A DNA stretch of 64,000 nt from an uncultured delta proteobacterium (GCA_963724765.1 CAVRVY010000004.1:832001-896000); one strand, 5' to 3'; positions 10,505 to 21,426 are shown, counted from the stretch's first letter. Notes: generated from the sequence alone by a model not told the origin. Made by a program: numbers and translations.

Positions 10505-11440
10505 TCAGAAACTCAGCGTACGAACCGTTTGCACGATCGCCGGGCCGATGATGATGAGCAGCATCGCCGGCAGAATCATCAGTACCAGCGGGAAAAGAAT
10601 CTTGATGGTGGTTTTCTGGGCGGACTCTTCGGCCTGCAGTTTGCGGCGGGAGCGGATGGAATCGGAGATCGCGCGCAGCGCGGGCCCGATAGCGGCCCCG
10701 AGTTGCTCGCTCTGAATCAGCGTCGCGGCCAGCGGCTTGATATCGGCGACCCCGCTGCGGCTGGCCAGCGCGCGCAAAGCCTCTCCCAGCGAAGAGCCCG
10801 CGTTGACCTCGGCCGCCACCTGCGAAAGCTCATGTCCGATGACAAGGTGCTGCGCCTTGCTTTCGTCGCCAACGATTTTTATCGCCTCCAAGAGGCCGAG
10901 TCCCGCCTCGACGCACACCACCAGCAGATCGAGCACGTCGGAAAGTTGGCGTCCGATATCAATCTGGCGGTTCTTGGCGCGCTTGTTGAGATAGTACCCC
11001 GGAAGGAACGCGCCCAAAGCGGCGCCGGCAATCGTCAGCCCGATCACGCGGCTTCCACGCATCTCGAACACGAGGCTCGGAATCAGGCCCAGCAATAGAC
11101 CGCACACCGCCGCCATGACCTTGCAGATCTGGAAGATCGCCGCACTGGAGGCCTTAAAACCAGCCTGCACGAGCAACTCGGCGCGCTTTTCGTGACTCGG
11201 CGTGGACACCTTGGGCTTGGGCAGCCGTTCGACCGCCCACTTGAGCAGCGCACGCGTCGTCTGCTGATCACCAGAGGCAACTGGCATGCCTGCGGCGGCC
11301 ATGTTGAGGCGTCCTCTGTGTCCCACCTGGCTCATCCGCGAATGCATCAGATGCCGACCGTTGGTAACTGAGATGTAAACGGCGGTCGCAGCGCCAGCAA
11401 GCACCAGGAACACGATGAAACTGATTAGAACAGGGCTCAT
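10505..11440 (-). CDS. tadC: Tad pilus assembly membrane protein TadC (T2SSF family)
   Basis: LSDVLDLLVVCVEAGLG, LIQSEQLG, AEESAQK..IKILFPLV. Confidence 0.9.
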   Translation of the reverse strand: MSPVLISFIVFLVLAGAATAVYISVTNGRHLMHSRMSQVGHRGRLNMAAAGMPVASGDQQTTRALLKWAVERLPKPKVSTPSHEKRAELLVQAGFKASSAAIFQICKVMAAVCGLLLGLIPSLVFEMRGSRVIGLTIAGAALGAFLPGYYLNKRAKNRQIDIGRQLSDVLDLLVVCVEAGLGLLEAIKIVGDESKAQHLVIGHELSQVAAEVNAGSSLGEALRALASRSGVADIKPLAATLIQSEQLGAAIGPALRAISDSIRSRRKLQAEESAQKTTIKILFPLVLMILPAMLLIIIGPAIVQTVRTLSF

Positions 11441-11453
11441 AGCGTCATCCCGA

Positions 11454-12407
11454 TCAAAATTTGACTTTCAGGATATGCCGAATCAGCAGAAAAGCGCCGA
11501 GATCGAGCCCGGCGGCCATCTTCAGAATCAGCTGGCCCGTGTGATCGAAAAACAACATTTGCGCATAGCTGGGCTGGACGATGCTGAACATCGCGAGCAC
11601 TACCACCGGCAGCAATCCCACCACCATCCCACTCATCCGGGATTGCGCGGTGAGCGCGCGAATCTGTGAGAACAGGCGCTGGCGGGTGCGCACGATGTCG
11701 GACAGCCGCGCGATGATCTGCGCCAGCGAACTGCCGACCTCGGCCTGCACCTTGACCGCGACCACGAATAACCGCAGGTCGTCCTCCGGTATCCGCGCCA
11801 GCATGTCGGCCAGCGCCTGCGAGACCGGCAGTCCAAGGCGCGTCTGCTCGACCACGGTGCGGAACTCGCCGCCCAGCGGATCGGCGAACTCCTGCTCCAC
11901 CACCTGCATCCCACGCTGCAACGTATGGCCGGCCTCGAGGGACGACTTGATCAGATCGAGCGCGTAGGGAAACTGGACCAGGAAGGCCTTGAGCCGGCGG
12001 GTCCGCTTGAACCTGATGTAGAATAAAGGCGTCACGCAAAGCGCCAGGCCCGCACCAATCGAAAGGAGCGGGTCGCCGGAGACCAGCATCCCGCCGGCGA
12101 TACCAGCCGCGAGCAATCCGCCCATCAGCAGCAGCGTTCTGTAAGCGCTTTGATACATCCCGGCCTGCCACATGTACTGTTCGAGCCGGCGCATCAGGTC
12201 CATTCGACGCAGGAGACCGCTAAACAGGCTGCTGGCGGCGCGCGAGCGGGGGCCGGTACGCGCCAGCGAGTCAATGACGTCGGATGAGCGAGTAACTTCG
12301 TCGAGGCGGTGCGTAACCGCGACGTGGTCCAGCGAGCGACGAACCAGCAGAGTGCCGACGCCGGCAAACAGCAGAAAGATCGCGCACGCGATTAAGAGAT
12401 CCATCAA
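11454..12407 (-). CDS. tadB: Tad pilus assembly membrane protein TadB
   Basis: QFPYALDLIKSSLEAGH, PLGGEF, RALTAQSRMS. Confidence 0.9.
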   Translation of the reverse strand: MMDLLIACAIFLLFAGVGTLLVRRSLDHVAVTHRLDEVTRSSDVIDSLARTGPRSRAASSLFSGLLRRMDLMRRLEQYMWQAGMYQSAYRTLLLMGGLLAAGIAGGMLVSGDPLLSIGAGLALCVTPLFYIRFKRTRRLKAFLVQFPYALDLIKSSLEAGHTLQRGMQVVEQEFADPLGGEFRTVVEQTRLGLPVSQALADMLARIPEDDLRLFVVAVKVQAEVGSSLAQIIARLSDIVRTRQRLFSQIRALTAQSRMSGMVVGLLPVVVLAMFSIVQPSYAQMLFFDHTGQLILKMAAGLDLGAFLLIRHILKVKF

Positions 12408-13780
12408 TCCGTCCCGGTTGACCGCAGGATGTTCTCGAGTTTGTAGCCGGCACGCTCGATGCGTTGCGCGTAGGCCGAGCGGATGCCGGTGCTGCGGTAG
12501 TGGCCGTGCACCGTGCCGCTCACGTCAGTGTCTGCGTGCACGAACTCGGACAGGTCCTGCATCATGATGGCCTCGCCTTCCATGCCGGTGACTTCGGAAA
12601 TCTTCATCATCCTGCGCGAGCCGTCGGACAGTCGCGCGACATGGACGATGATGTTAATGGCCGAGGCGATCTGCTGGCGCATCGCGCGCTGCGGGATCGA
12701 AAAGCCCGACAACAGCATCATCATCTCCAGACGGCCGAGGCACTCGCGCGAGCTGTTGGCGTGGATGGTCGCGATCGAACCGTCGTGGCCGGTTGACATC
12801 GCCTGCAACATGTCGAAGACCTCGGCCCCGCGCACCTCGCCGACGATTATCCGATCGGGGCGCATCCGCAGCGTGTTGCGCACCAGGTCGCGCGCCGTGA
12901 CCTCGCCCTTGCCCTCGAGGTTGGGCGGACGGGTCTCCAGCCGTACCACGTGGGTCTGTTGCAGCAATAACTCGGCCGAATCCTCGATGGTGACGATACG
13001 TTCGTCGGACGGCACGAAACTCGAAAGACAGTTGAGCATCGTGGTCTTGCCCGAGCCGGTGCCGCCGCAGACCAGCAGATTAAGCCGCGCCTTAACCACT
13101 GCCTGGAGTAACGTCACCATCTCCGGCGAGATGCTGTCCTTGGCCAGCAGATCGGCGATCGAGTAGCGCTTTTTGCCGAAGCGCCGGATCGAAAGCGAAG
13201 GCCCGTCGATCGCCAGCGGCGGAATGATCGCGTTGATGCGCGATCCGTCGCGCAGGCGCGCATCAACCATCGGCGATGACTCGTCGACCCGCCGCCCGAC
13301 CTGCGAAACGATGCGGTCGATGATCAGCATCAGATGATGATCGTCGTGGAAGTGGATTCCGGTCTCGTGCAGCTTGCCGTGCTTTTCCACGTAGACGTGA
13401 TCGCGTCCGTTGACCATGATGTCGGTTACGTCGTCGTCGCGCAGCAGCGGCTCCAGCGGCCCCAAACCGAGCAGTTCGTTCTTGACCTCCTCGACCAGCC
13501 GCGCGCGATCGCCGTCGGTCAGCAGGCGTCCGTCCTCGTCAAGGGTCTCGCCGATGGCGGTTGTGACCTTGGCCGAGATCAGCGCCGGATCGAGCATCTC
13601 CATGCGCGAGACGTCCATCGACTCGAACAGCCGGTTGTGCACCTTTATCTTGAGTTCGCGCGTGGATTCCGCGGCCTCGTCCCGTGGGCGCCATATGGTG
13701 GCGCTGCCGCCAAGAAAGGCTCCCGGCTGCTCGACCGGCACTCGGTTATGGGCCTGTGATATCCTTTCGATGAGTCTCAC
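12404..13780 (-). CDS. tadA: Tad pilus ATPase TadA/CpaF
   Basis: [23 protein letters not shown], Walker [31 protein letters not shown]; GTG start after GAGGAG. Confidence 0.95.
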   Translation of the reverse strand: MRLIERISQAHNRVPVEQPGAFLGGSATIWRPRDEAAESTRELKIKVHNRLFESMDVSRMEMLDPALISAKVTTAIGETLDEDGRLLTDGDRARLVEEVKNELLGLGPLEPLLRDDDVTDIMVNGRDHVYVEKHGKLHETGIHFHDDHHLMLIIDRIVSQVGRRVDESSPMVDARLRDGSRINAIIPPLAIDGPSLSIRRFGKKRYSIADLLAKDSISPEMVTLLQAVVKARLNLLVCGGTGSGKTTMLNCLSSFVPSDERIVTIEDSAELLLQQTHVVRLETRPPNLEGKGEVTARDLVRNTLRMRPDRIIVGEVRGAEVFDMLQAMSTGHDGSIATIHANSSRECLGRLEMMMLLSGFSIPQRAMRQQIASAINIIVHVARLSDGSRRMMKISEVTGMEGEAIMMQDLSEFVHADTDVSGTVHGHYRSTGIRSAYAQRIERAGYKLENILRSTGTD

Positions 13781-13792
13781 TACGCTCCTCCC

Positions 13793-15022
13793 TCAGGCAC
13801 GAGCACCGAGCGAGCCCAGCAGCCGGCTGACAAACCCAGGCCCCGGACGCGACTCGGCTTCGGCCGTGACTTCCTCGCTGGCGCCGAGGCGGTTCGCGAG
13901 CTCCGCGAAGGCGAGCACCAACGCGCAGTTGGGCGCCACCTGCGAAGGCATCTGCGCCGTCGCCACCGATTTTTCCATCACCCGTTCGTCGCGCGGAATA
14001 CGCGCGTAGATCGGGCACCTTAGTGTTGTGACGATCTGCGCCTCGGCGATCGGATGGCCCGGCTGATAGCGGTTGAGCACCAGCCGTGGTTCGATCCCGT
14101 CGATCCCCAGCCGCCCGAACAGCTCCATAAAACGCAGGGCCCGATGCGTCGCGGTCACCGACTGCTCGAGCACGTAAAGCACCTCCTCCGAGCGCTCCCA
14201 CGCGGCGACGGAGTTTTCGTCCACATGGTCACCGCAGTCGATCACGATGTAGTCGAACAGTTGGCGCAGCAGATCGAGCAGCTGCCCGACCGTGACGTCG
14301 GAAACTTCCTCGCTGTCCTCGATTCGGTCCGGGGCGCCCAATACGTAGAGCCCCGAAGCATGCTTGGTCAGCGCCGCTTCCAGGCTTATTGAATCCGGTT
14401 TGCGATCCAGGCGCGCCAGTGCGAGGATGCCGCGCTCGGGCTCGGCGCCGAACAGATGGCCCAGGCTGCCCTCCTGCAGATCGAGGTCCACCAGCACCAC
14501 GCGTACGCCGCCCTCGCCCATTAGCGCCCGGCCCAGGCTCGCGCAAAGCGTGGTAACCCCGGCTCCGCCACCCAGGCTGGCCACCGAAATAATCTTCCCG
14601 CCCGCGCGGCGCACGCTGCGCCGCCGCGCCTCGCTGACCTTGAGCAGCGGGCGCATAAGATCGCCCACCTTCAGCGGCCCAAACAAAACCTCATCGGCGC
14701 CCGCGCGCAGCACCCGGCACATCAGCGCCTCCGATTCCTCGCTCAGCAGCGCGAACAGAGATGGCCGCGGCGTGCGCTCGGATTCCTTCTGTAAATAGCT
14801 CAGGGCCTCCTCTTCGTCCGCGCCGAACAGGATCATCGCTACGTCGGCCTCCGCGCTGAGCGCAGCGGCCTCAGCAGGCTGTGCCTCCGCAATCGCCACG
14901 GCCGGATCGATCAGCGAGCGCAAAACCCCTCGCGCTTGCTCCATCTGGAGCGCATCGCGACCCACCAGGAGTACCGACAAACCGCCCTTGAACGTACCGT
15001 CCTTGCTGCTCGACCGTCCCAC
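13793..15022 (-). CDS. cpaE: CpaE/TadZ pilus localisation protein (degenerate receiver + MinD-like ATPase)
   Basis: RAGADEVL receiver remnant, deviant Walker A SLGGGAGVTT, LVDLDLQ, FDYIVIDC; start re-called at GTG 15022 after CAGGAG. Confidence 0.85.
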   Translation of the reverse strand: MGRSSSKDGTFKGGLSVLLVGRDALQMEQARGVLRSLIDPAVAIAEAQPAEAAALSAEADVAMILFGADEEEALSYLQKESERTPRPSLFALLSEESEALMCRVLRAGADEVLFGPLKVGDLMRPLLKVSEARRRSVRRAGGKIISVASLGGGAGVTTLCASLGRALMGEGGVRVVLVDLDLQEGSLGHLFGAEPERGILALARLDRKPDSISLEAALTKHASGLYVLGAPDRIEDSEEVSDVTVGQLLDLLRQLFDYIVIDCGDHVDENSVAAWERSEEVLYVLEQSVTATHRALRFMELFGRLGIDGIEPRLVLNRYQPGHPIAEAQIVTTLRCPIYARIPRDERVMEKSVATAQMPSQVAPNCALVLAFAELANRLGASEEVTAEAESRPGPGFVSRLLGSLGARA

Positions 15023-15198
15023 AACAATCTCCTGTGCGACGCGCCCCTCCCCCAAGGCACGCCTTCGTCCGCGCAACCGCCGGAGCTCGCGCCCGCGGTT
15101 CCCTTTTCGCGTCCACCGCTTAGAACCGTCCCTTACGGCCTCGCTTACCGGAGGCGCCGGCCGTCACCATCACTCACTGGCGGTGGTTCCTAAGCGGC

Positions 15199-15402
15199 CT
15201 ACGCGGCGCTGAGCGCGGTATCGATCGTTTTGACCATCGAGCCGATGTCCTGACCCATCACCTGGTAGCTGACGTACGCCACGATCGCTACAGCGGCCAG
15301 AATGAGCGCATACTCAGTCATGGTCTGACCTTCCGCCATCTTGCTGATATTCTTGCGCATTTTCTCATTCGCATTCACATACATCTTCGTAAACAGTCTC
15401 AT
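15199..15402 (-). CDS. flp: Flp type IVb pilin
   Basis: EG|QTMTEYALIL Flp motif plus hydrophobic helix; AG-rich RBS before ATG 15402. Confidence 0.92.
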   Translation of the reverse strand: MRLFTKMYVNANEKMRKNISKMAEGQTMTEYALILAAVAIVAYVSYQVMGQDIGSMVKTIDTALSAA

Positions 15403-15498
15403 AACTTCTCTTTCCTCTTTCTCGGCCGAAGCCGGTTGTTCTATTTCGTACACTCGCAGCGCTCATCTGGCGTTCCTGCGTATCCACAGTGGCATCTG

Positions 15499-15630
15499 TC
15501 AATTACTACTCAGTGAAGTGTCCACTGTAGTCACATAGAGCCGATGTCTCGACCTATCACCTGTTAAGTGATGTAGACTACGATCGCGACGGCCGCGACA
15601 ATCAGCGAAGAGTCCGTCTAATCAAGCCTT
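15499..15630 (-). pseudogene. flp: degenerate second flp pilin copy
   Basis: Reads TDSSLIVAAVAIVVYIT*QVIGRDIGSM/(frameshift)TTVDTSLSSN* versus intact TEYALILAAVAIVAYVSYQVMGQDIGSMVKTIDTALSAA*; TAA at 15564-15566. Confidence 0.85.
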
Positions 15631-15907
15631 GTAAGCGCCGTAATGAGTAGCGCTCGTATCAGGAGGGCTTCCCGCAGCGACCCGGTCGATCAAGGATAAA
15701 GTAGGTCTGAACATTGTTTTGATTGTCGATACTCACCAACCGCATTCGGCTCGAGGAGTACGCACTGCGATAATGAATGCCTATTGGCGTCACTCTCATT
15801 GCTTTGCCGATGCCTTGAATTTTTGCGGCCGCCTGTACGAAGACAGTACATGTGCTTAGATAGTTCATCTGGATCTACGAGCCGGAGTGCTTACATAAGG
15901 GGACAAC

Positions 15908-15923
15908 AGCATCGGTCATGCCA
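15908..15923 (-). promoter_or_regulatory. sigma54-like promoter upstream of the flp/tad operon
   Basis: Minus strand TGGCAT-GACCG-ATGCT, GG-N10-GC. Confidence 0.55.
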
Positions 15924-16298
15924 TAAGGGGAGAGAAGAAAACTCTTCGTTCTGTCGGACGCTTTTGGAAGTTACGAGGGATTGCCGTCTCAGGAACGAAC
16001 GCTCGGCGGCCGGCCTGCTCCTGAAGCGGCTATGTTACTGCGCGAATATGGAACAATCGCGCGATAGGCGTGCGCGAGAGACGGGATGCCAGAGACGGCG
16101 GGTCTCGGAGAACACGAACGCGAGGCGGCCGTGCTAGTTCAAGCGTGGATGGGTTGCGATTTCGGCTGGAGTTTGGGCGCTGGAGGCCGACAGAGGACGA
16201 AAACTTCTCAGATAGGATGCTACTTAAAGACGAACGCGGCTGCGGCCATCCGACGTCATTTCGACCACGCGTGGGACGCCGGCCACGCGTCCGTGCGC

Positions 16299-18044
16299 TT
16301 AGTACTGGAGCGTTCTGACCACGGGATTTCCGGTGAGATTGGAGGCGTAGCCGCCGACGAATCCCGCGTTTAGATTGAGAGTGTCCGAGGCCAGCGTGTC
16401 GTAATCGCCCATGTAATCGGGCGCCATCAAGACGTCCTGTCCCACGATTGTGGGGAACTGCATTAACGTGATGCGATTGTTAAGCCAGTTCTTGCCGTTG
16501 TGAGAAGACGCGCAGAAGCGATCGATGCGAAAGTTGGCGGGGTCGCGCCTGCGGTCGTAAAAGCAAATCGCTATGCGGCCACTGCGATCCGAGGCGAGCG
16601 CCGGTTCGAACTGATCGGTCAGTGGCGCAGTGCCGCCCTCGGCGTTGTTATTGACCCGCACCGGTGGCGACCAGGTCGCACCTGCGTCGCTCGACTGGCT
16701 GAACATGATATCGGTGAAGTTGTAGAAGCCGGTCGTGGTCAGTGCGTCAGGCGCCTGGCGATCACCGTCATTCCACGCCAGGTAGACCATTGCGCTATTA
16801 AGGGTTCCCTTACCGATCGCGAGGCTGGGATGCTCGTTGCTGTGAGCCAGCCCCTGCCAATCGGCGCAGTCGCCCGCGCAACCGATCGTCGCCGCCGTAA
16901 CGGGCGAAGCCGGAAAGGACTGCGCCTGGTTGGTCGATCCGGAGATCTCGATCTCGCGTTCACCCAGGCCGTTGGTGTTACCAAACAATTCCCACGTTAC
17001 GTAGACCTCGCCATTCGGCCCCACCGCCACCTGTGAGCCGGCGACGAAAGCGAACGGATGCGCGCTGTCGGCGCATACCTGCGCCACCACCACCGGCGTA
17101 CCGCTCCAGGTCGTGCCTCCGTCGGCCGAACTTATGGCTTCGATCGCGTAGCGCGGCACCGCCGAACCGCTTTCGGTTCCGCATACCGAACCTGAAAAAT
17201 CGAGATCGCTGTAAGTCACATAGAGCCGGCCTGGCGTGCTGTGATCCACCGCGACCCAGGCTCCATCCACGATGTGGGTGTTCGATGGCTGACCGGATAT
17301 TACGACCGGCGTCGCAAACGTCTTCCCGCCATCGGTCGAGATTGACAGGCTCACGCCGGATACCTCGTTCGTGCCGTCCAGAAAGGCCGAGACATAGTAG
17401 AAGTTCGCCGCGCTCGCGCACGCGACGACCGGGTCACCCGACATGAAGGTGTTGGGATCGCTCGGCGTAGCCGGCGATCCCATATAGGTGAACGTGGCGC
17501 CGCGGTTGGACGACTGCGCATAGCCGTCCATGCTGACGCCGCGTCCGGCAGCCATCGTCGTTACTTCGGCGTCCGTGTCATTGAAACCCATCACCACGTT
17601 GCTACCGCACCAAGCGGTCGCCGTTTCACTCTGGGTAAACCCCGAATAGCGCGAGTTGCGGAGATTGGTTGCCAAAGCCAGCGGCGCTTCCGCTGTCTCA
17701 GGAGCACGCGATTGCACGGGCCCCGCAGGCACGGCCGTCCCTTTGATCACCCGCTCGCGCACGGCCGCCCAGCGATTGGCGAGGCTCAACAGATTGCGGC
17801 TTGCCGCGGAAAGCGGAACGGGATCGAACCCAGCAGTGTCCTCCAGGCGCCTAAGACGCGCCATCGTGACGTCGATTGGCGCCTCGGTTCGCGCAGCCTC
17901 GCTTTGGACACCCGGGCGCGCTGCGCTATCGGTCGCGAGTTGCCCGGCTGCGCAAACACCCACGCTCAGCATCGCGCCCAGCGCTATGCACAGAGCCCAC
18001 GCTGCCATCCCAACCGCATCCAGTCCCGCCTTTTCCTGGGCCAT
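16299..18044 (-). CDS. secreted BNR/Asp-box repeat (sialidase-like beta-propeller) protein
   Basis: Signal/TM segment; Asp-boxes SSNRGATF, STDGGKTF, SADGGTTW, SSDAGATW; C-terminal YMGDY. Confidence 0.85.
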   Translation of the reverse strand: MAQEKAGLDAVGMAAWALCIALGAMLSVGVCAAGQLATDSAARPGVQSEAARTEAPIDVTMARLRRLEDTAGFDPVPLSAASRNLLSLANRWAAVRERVIKGTAVPAGPVQSRAPETAEAPLALATNLRNSRYSGFTQSETATAWCGSNVVMGFNDTDAEVTTMAAGRGVSMDGYAQSSNRGATFTYMGSPATPSDPNTFMSGDPVVACASAANFYYVSAFLDGTNEVSGVSLSISTDGGKTFATPVVISGQPSNTHIVDGAWVAVDHSTPGRLYVTYSDLDFSGSVCGTESGSAVPRYAIEAISSADGGTTWSGTPVVVAQVCADSAHPFAFVAGSQVAVGPNGEVYVTWELFGNTNGLGEREIEISGSTNQAQSFPASPVTAATIGCAGDCADWQGLAHSNEHPSLAIGKGTLNSAMVYLAWNDGDRQAPDALTTTGFYNFTDIMFSQSSDAGATWSPPVRVNNNAEGGTAPLTDQFEPALASDRSGRIAICFYDRRRDPANFRIDRFCASSHNGKNWLNNRITLMQFPTIVGQDVLMAPDYMGDYDTLASDTLNLNAGFVGGYASNLTGNPVVRTLQY

Positions 18045-18091
18045 ATAGCGTTAGTCGCGCGCCCTCCGGCCGCGTCCCTCGCCTGTCGCAG

Positions 18092-18107
18092 GGCAACAAT
18101 GATGCCA
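18092..18107 (-). promoter_or_regulatory. sigma54 promoter upstream of the sialidase-like gene
   Basis: Minus strand TGGCAT-CATTG-TTGCC about 50 nt before the ATG. Confidence 0.65.
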
Positions 18108-18799
18108 CTCGGATATGCAAATGAGCGCGCGGAGGTTGAGTTCCGCGGACAAAAAAAACAGGCATTTGCCAAGAATCGCCGGCGCTGGAGACAAGCGAGA
18201 GTTTGGGAATCTTCCTGCCGATTCACCAAGCGCCATAAAACAGGCGCCGACGAATTGGCAGTTCGACGCAAACTGACACGGCGCCGAAGGCGCGCGACCG
18301 AAGGGCGCTATCAGAGTATTGCTGCTTTGGAACCGGCGGCGTGTGAGGCGACGCCCCCAGTCTTCAGGTGAGACAGCCGGGCGCGCCAGAATTAATTCCG
18401 CCATCGCCCGATGTCTGGGGATGTTCGCTGATTTCGGGCGAGGTCCCGCGAGCCTATCGATGTCCGGCGCCATTCGCCGGCACCCGCGCGAACCACATCG
18501 CCGGCGCGAGACTACGGCGATGCTTGCGGCAAACTCACTCCCAGGGCGAGGAGAACTGCTCGAGTTCGCGGTCCACCGAACGCCGCGGAGTCTGCATCCC
18601 GTAGATTCCCGGCGCAAGCCATCTGAGCGCCGCGATCAGCCGCCACATCACCACGCTCGGCGCGCGAGCAATGGCTCGATTCATGTCCATTTCCGGATCT
18701 GAAACGCTAGTCATCCGCTGTGCGTCCACGAAGCACCACCCGGGGTCATCGCCCTGGAGATCCTCCGCTCCTGCCCCTGCCCCCCGAAGACGCAGGCAA

Positions 18800-18815
18800 A
18801 GCAATTGCCATGCCA
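18800..18815 (-). promoter_or_regulatory. near-consensus sigma54 promoter with no recognisable gene directly downstream
   Basis: Minus strand TGGCAT-GGCAA-TTGCT with an AT-rich tract upstream. Confidence 0.7.
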
Positions 18816-18984
18816 TTAAACGAGTTGTGTCTAATATAATCAATTTTCGCCTGTACCAATTCGTACTGGGCATCACACAGATTCGCGCTCGCCACGCGTG
18901 TTGGACTGCAACGCACGATGCGCCGCGATGCCACTGGCGTCCGATCAAATAGGCAGTGAGACGCCGCATCGCTGTCAGCCTTGT

Positions 18985-19812
18985 CTAGTTTACCGCCAGG
19001 AGGAATTTCGTGATCACCGCCGCGCTGTACTCCGGCACTTCCCAGAAGAAGAGGTGACCCGCGCCGGGTATCTTGTGTATATGCGCGCCCGCAATACGTT
19101 CCTTGAGGATGTCGGAGTTGGCGTCCGGAACGAGCAGATCGGACGTGCCGGTGATGACCAGCGTCGGCGCCTTTATCAGGGACAGCCGATCGAAGGTGTC
19201 AAAACTCCCGATCGCGCCCCCTTGCAATTGATAGGTGTGAAACGGCGTCATCGGGTAATTCATCACTTCAGCCACCCGCTCTTTGAGTACCGCTTGGCCC
19301 CTGGCTGACGCGAGGAATGGCTTGGCACAGCAGGCGGCAAGCAGGCGCTCGACTTGTGGCGCAAGCGGCTCATCCGGGTTGGCCTGCAGCGCGGCGAGCG
19401 CTTCAGGGTCGCCTGCGATGCCGTGGCTGATGCTGCACAGCGTGCAACCCAGCACCAGTGCGCGCAGGCGCGCGGAATGATTGAGCGCGAACTCTTGCGC
19501 GATCATCCCGCCCATCGAGATGCCCATCACATGCGCGCGGTCGATTTTGGCATGGTCAAGCACGCTGGCCACGTCGGCGGCCATGTCGGCCAGCGAGAAC
19601 GGCTTTTCCGGCTTGTCGCTCTCGCCGGTGCCGCGGTTGTCGATCACGACAGTTTTGAAGTGCGCCTCGAGCAGCTTAAGGAACGGCTCGCCCCATCCGC
19701 GGCCCGACCCGCCGTAGCCGAAGATGAGCGCGAGCGGCTCGCCCTCGCCGCGGAGCTCGTAATGAATCCTGGTGCCGTCCCGACTCTGAGCAAAAAATGT
19801 TCTTGCGGCCAC
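18985..19812 (-). CDS. alpha/beta hydrolase (enol-lactonase/PHA depolymerase-like)
   Basis: DNRGTGES, GISMGG, GTSDLLVP, GAGH. Confidence 0.85.
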   Translation of the reverse strand: MAARTFFAQSRDGTRIHYELRGEGEPLALIFGYGGSGRGWGEPFLKLLEAHFKTVVIDNRGTGESDKPEKPFSLADMAADVASVLDHAKIDRAHVMGISMGGMIAQEFALNHSARLRALVLGCTLCSISHGIAGDPEALAALQANPDEPLAPQVERLLAACCAKPFLASARGQAVLKERVAEVMNYPMTPFHTYQLQGGAIGSFDTFDRLSLIKAPTLVITGTSDLLVPDANSDILKERIAGAHIHKIPGAGHLFFWEVPEYSAAVITKFLLAVN

Positions 19813-19875
19813 TGGTTTCTCCGTCGCAATCAGATTTACGCCGCAGGGTACATCGCCGCGAACTTTTCCGGAATA

Positions 19876-20712
19876 TCATTCCGGGTCTTGTGCATTTTCA
19901 TCGCTATCTGTTTGCTTGTGCTGCGCCGCGGTCGAACTTTCGCAGATGGTCAGCCAGTCGGTGCGCACCTTGTCCCATTGCTGAATCAACACGCCGTGCG
20001 CCTCGAATAGCGCGCGGATACGCTGCGGACTCCAGCCGGCGATCTGTTCGAGGATCGGCACCAGCACGCTCAAGGCGTCGTCGCTGATAATCGTGCGCTT
20101 GGCGATCTGCGTGATGTACTTGGCCTCCGAGGCCGCGATCGTGAAGCCGCCGCGATGGTTCACCTCGAGCATGACGTGGATGTCCGAGCTGCCGTCGCCC
20201 ACATAAATAACGCGGTCACTCGGGACGCCCAGCGCCAGGCGCAACTCATCGATCGCCGCCACCTTGCCATAGCCCGCGGCCACCCGCACGATCGACTCGA
20301 TCTCGCCCGACTCCGCAGCATAGCCGAGCCTGGTGCCGACAACGTGATCCGGCGGCACGATTCCCTCCAGGGCCGACCGCACGACCTCCTCGGGCGCCGC
20401 AGAAATGACGTAGAAGTCGAAACGATGACCCTCGATGCCGTTTTCCAGCAGCTCGGTCAGCAGCGGGATGTTGCGTTTGAGACGCACGCGGCGGCCGACT
20501 TCGGCCAGGTCCTGCCTGCGCACGCGCCGGAACTCCGGGTCGTGGCGCAGAAGGTAGGCCAGTTCGCCGCCCTGCTGCACCAGGTTGAGCCGCGAGAGGC
20601 CGATCACCTTTTCTTCGAAGCCGGTGATGCGGAGCAGCTCGCTCAGAGCGATACCGGAATCGTTGAAGCTGAGCGTCTGATCGAAATCGCTTGCGAGCAG
20701 ATAGTGTTTCAT
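19876..20712 (-). CDS. HAD-like hydrolase/phosphatase
   Basis: Motif [14 protein letters not shown] in GYGK, motif IV VGDGSSD. Confidence 0.85.
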   Translation of the reverse strand: MKHYLLASDFDQTLSFNDSGIALSELLRITGFEEKVIGLSRLNLVQQGGELAYLLRHDPEFRRVRRQDLAEVGRRVRLKRNIPLLTELLENGIEGHRFDFYVISAAPEEVVRSALEGIVPPDHVVGTRLGYAAESGEIESIVRVAAGYGKVAAIDELRLALGVPSDRVIYVGDGSSDIHVMLEVNHRGGFTIAASEAKYITQIAKRTIISDDALSVLVPILEQIAGWSPQRIRALFEAHGVLIQQWDKVRTDWLTICESSTAAQHKQTDSDENAQDPE

Positions 20713-20907
20713 CTGATGCAACGGCAAATCATGATAGCGCGAACCATTTGGCTATTCGCGACACAAGTCAGGAGCAGCAATAAGTATTAATGGAATGTTC
20801 ATGGAGTATTACGCGCCGCCGCCGCCGGACTCGCTCACAAGCAGCAATTGTACCATCTATTCTTCGCGCAAACTTGCCGCCACGCTGCCTCAGCGCGAAT
20901 CGCCAAT

Positions 20908-20946
20908 AGAAAAAGGCGGCCCGCGCGGTAGACGCGCGAACCGCCT
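20908..20946 (-). terminator. intrinsic terminator after the phasin-like gene
   Basis: Minus strand AGGCGG..CGCGCG/CGCGCG..CCGCCT stem followed by a T run. Confidence 0.6.
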
Positions 20947-21007
20947 GCAATACCATCATCAGCGGAGCGAAATTATAGTCCGCCCCCGCTTGGAAGCGAA
21001 CGGCTCC

Positions 21008-21274
21008 TTAGAGCTTCCAGAGCGAACGAGCGGTGCTCACGCTCTGCTCGACCAACTTGCGGCCGATCGTTTGCTGCGCTTCGATCAGGGGGTAGATAGG
21101 AGTTTCCTTGGCCCACTCGGTCGCTTTGACCTGGAAATCCAGCGCCTGGGTCGCGAGCTTCTCGGTAGTGTCGATGTACCACGCCGCCGCCTTTTTGGCG
21201 CCCGCCGGATTAAAGCAGGTTTCCGCGATACGTGAAAATCCCTCGTATGCTCCGCTATGTTCTTTCTCTGACAT
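21008..21274 (-). CDS. small helical protein, phasin-like
   Basis: 88 aa from MSEKEH with GGAGGAG RBS; amphipathic helices; next to phaC. Confidence 0.6.
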   Translation of the reverse strand: MSEKEHSGAYEGFSRIAETCFNPAGAKKAAAWYIDTTEKLATQALDFQVKATEWAKETPIYPLIEAQQTIGRKLVEQSVSTARSLWKL

Positions 21275-21361
21275 TAGTAATCTCCTCCGTACATTCTTTT
21301 GGGAGCCTTGCTCCGTCGTGTTAGAATTTAACCACGAATTCGCGTTAGGCTCGGTGTGCTT

Positions 21362-21377
21362 TGTCGCGCGCGCGACA
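21362..21377. promoter_or_regulatory. Crp/CooA-type operator TGTCG-N6-CGACA
   Basis: TGTCG-CGCGCG-CGACA upstream of the phasin-like gene; same motif as 23355-23374. Confidence 0.65.
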
Positions 21378-21426
21378 TTTTCGAACGTTTGCGCGTCGTC
21401 ATGATTCTTTCCCTTACGTTTCTTGT

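Noticed and set aside
18240-18330. GACGCAAA motif suggesting a c-di-GMP-I riboswitch
   Set aside because: Lacks the upstream GGCAAAC..GAAA hairpin, and its orientation does not lead into a gene
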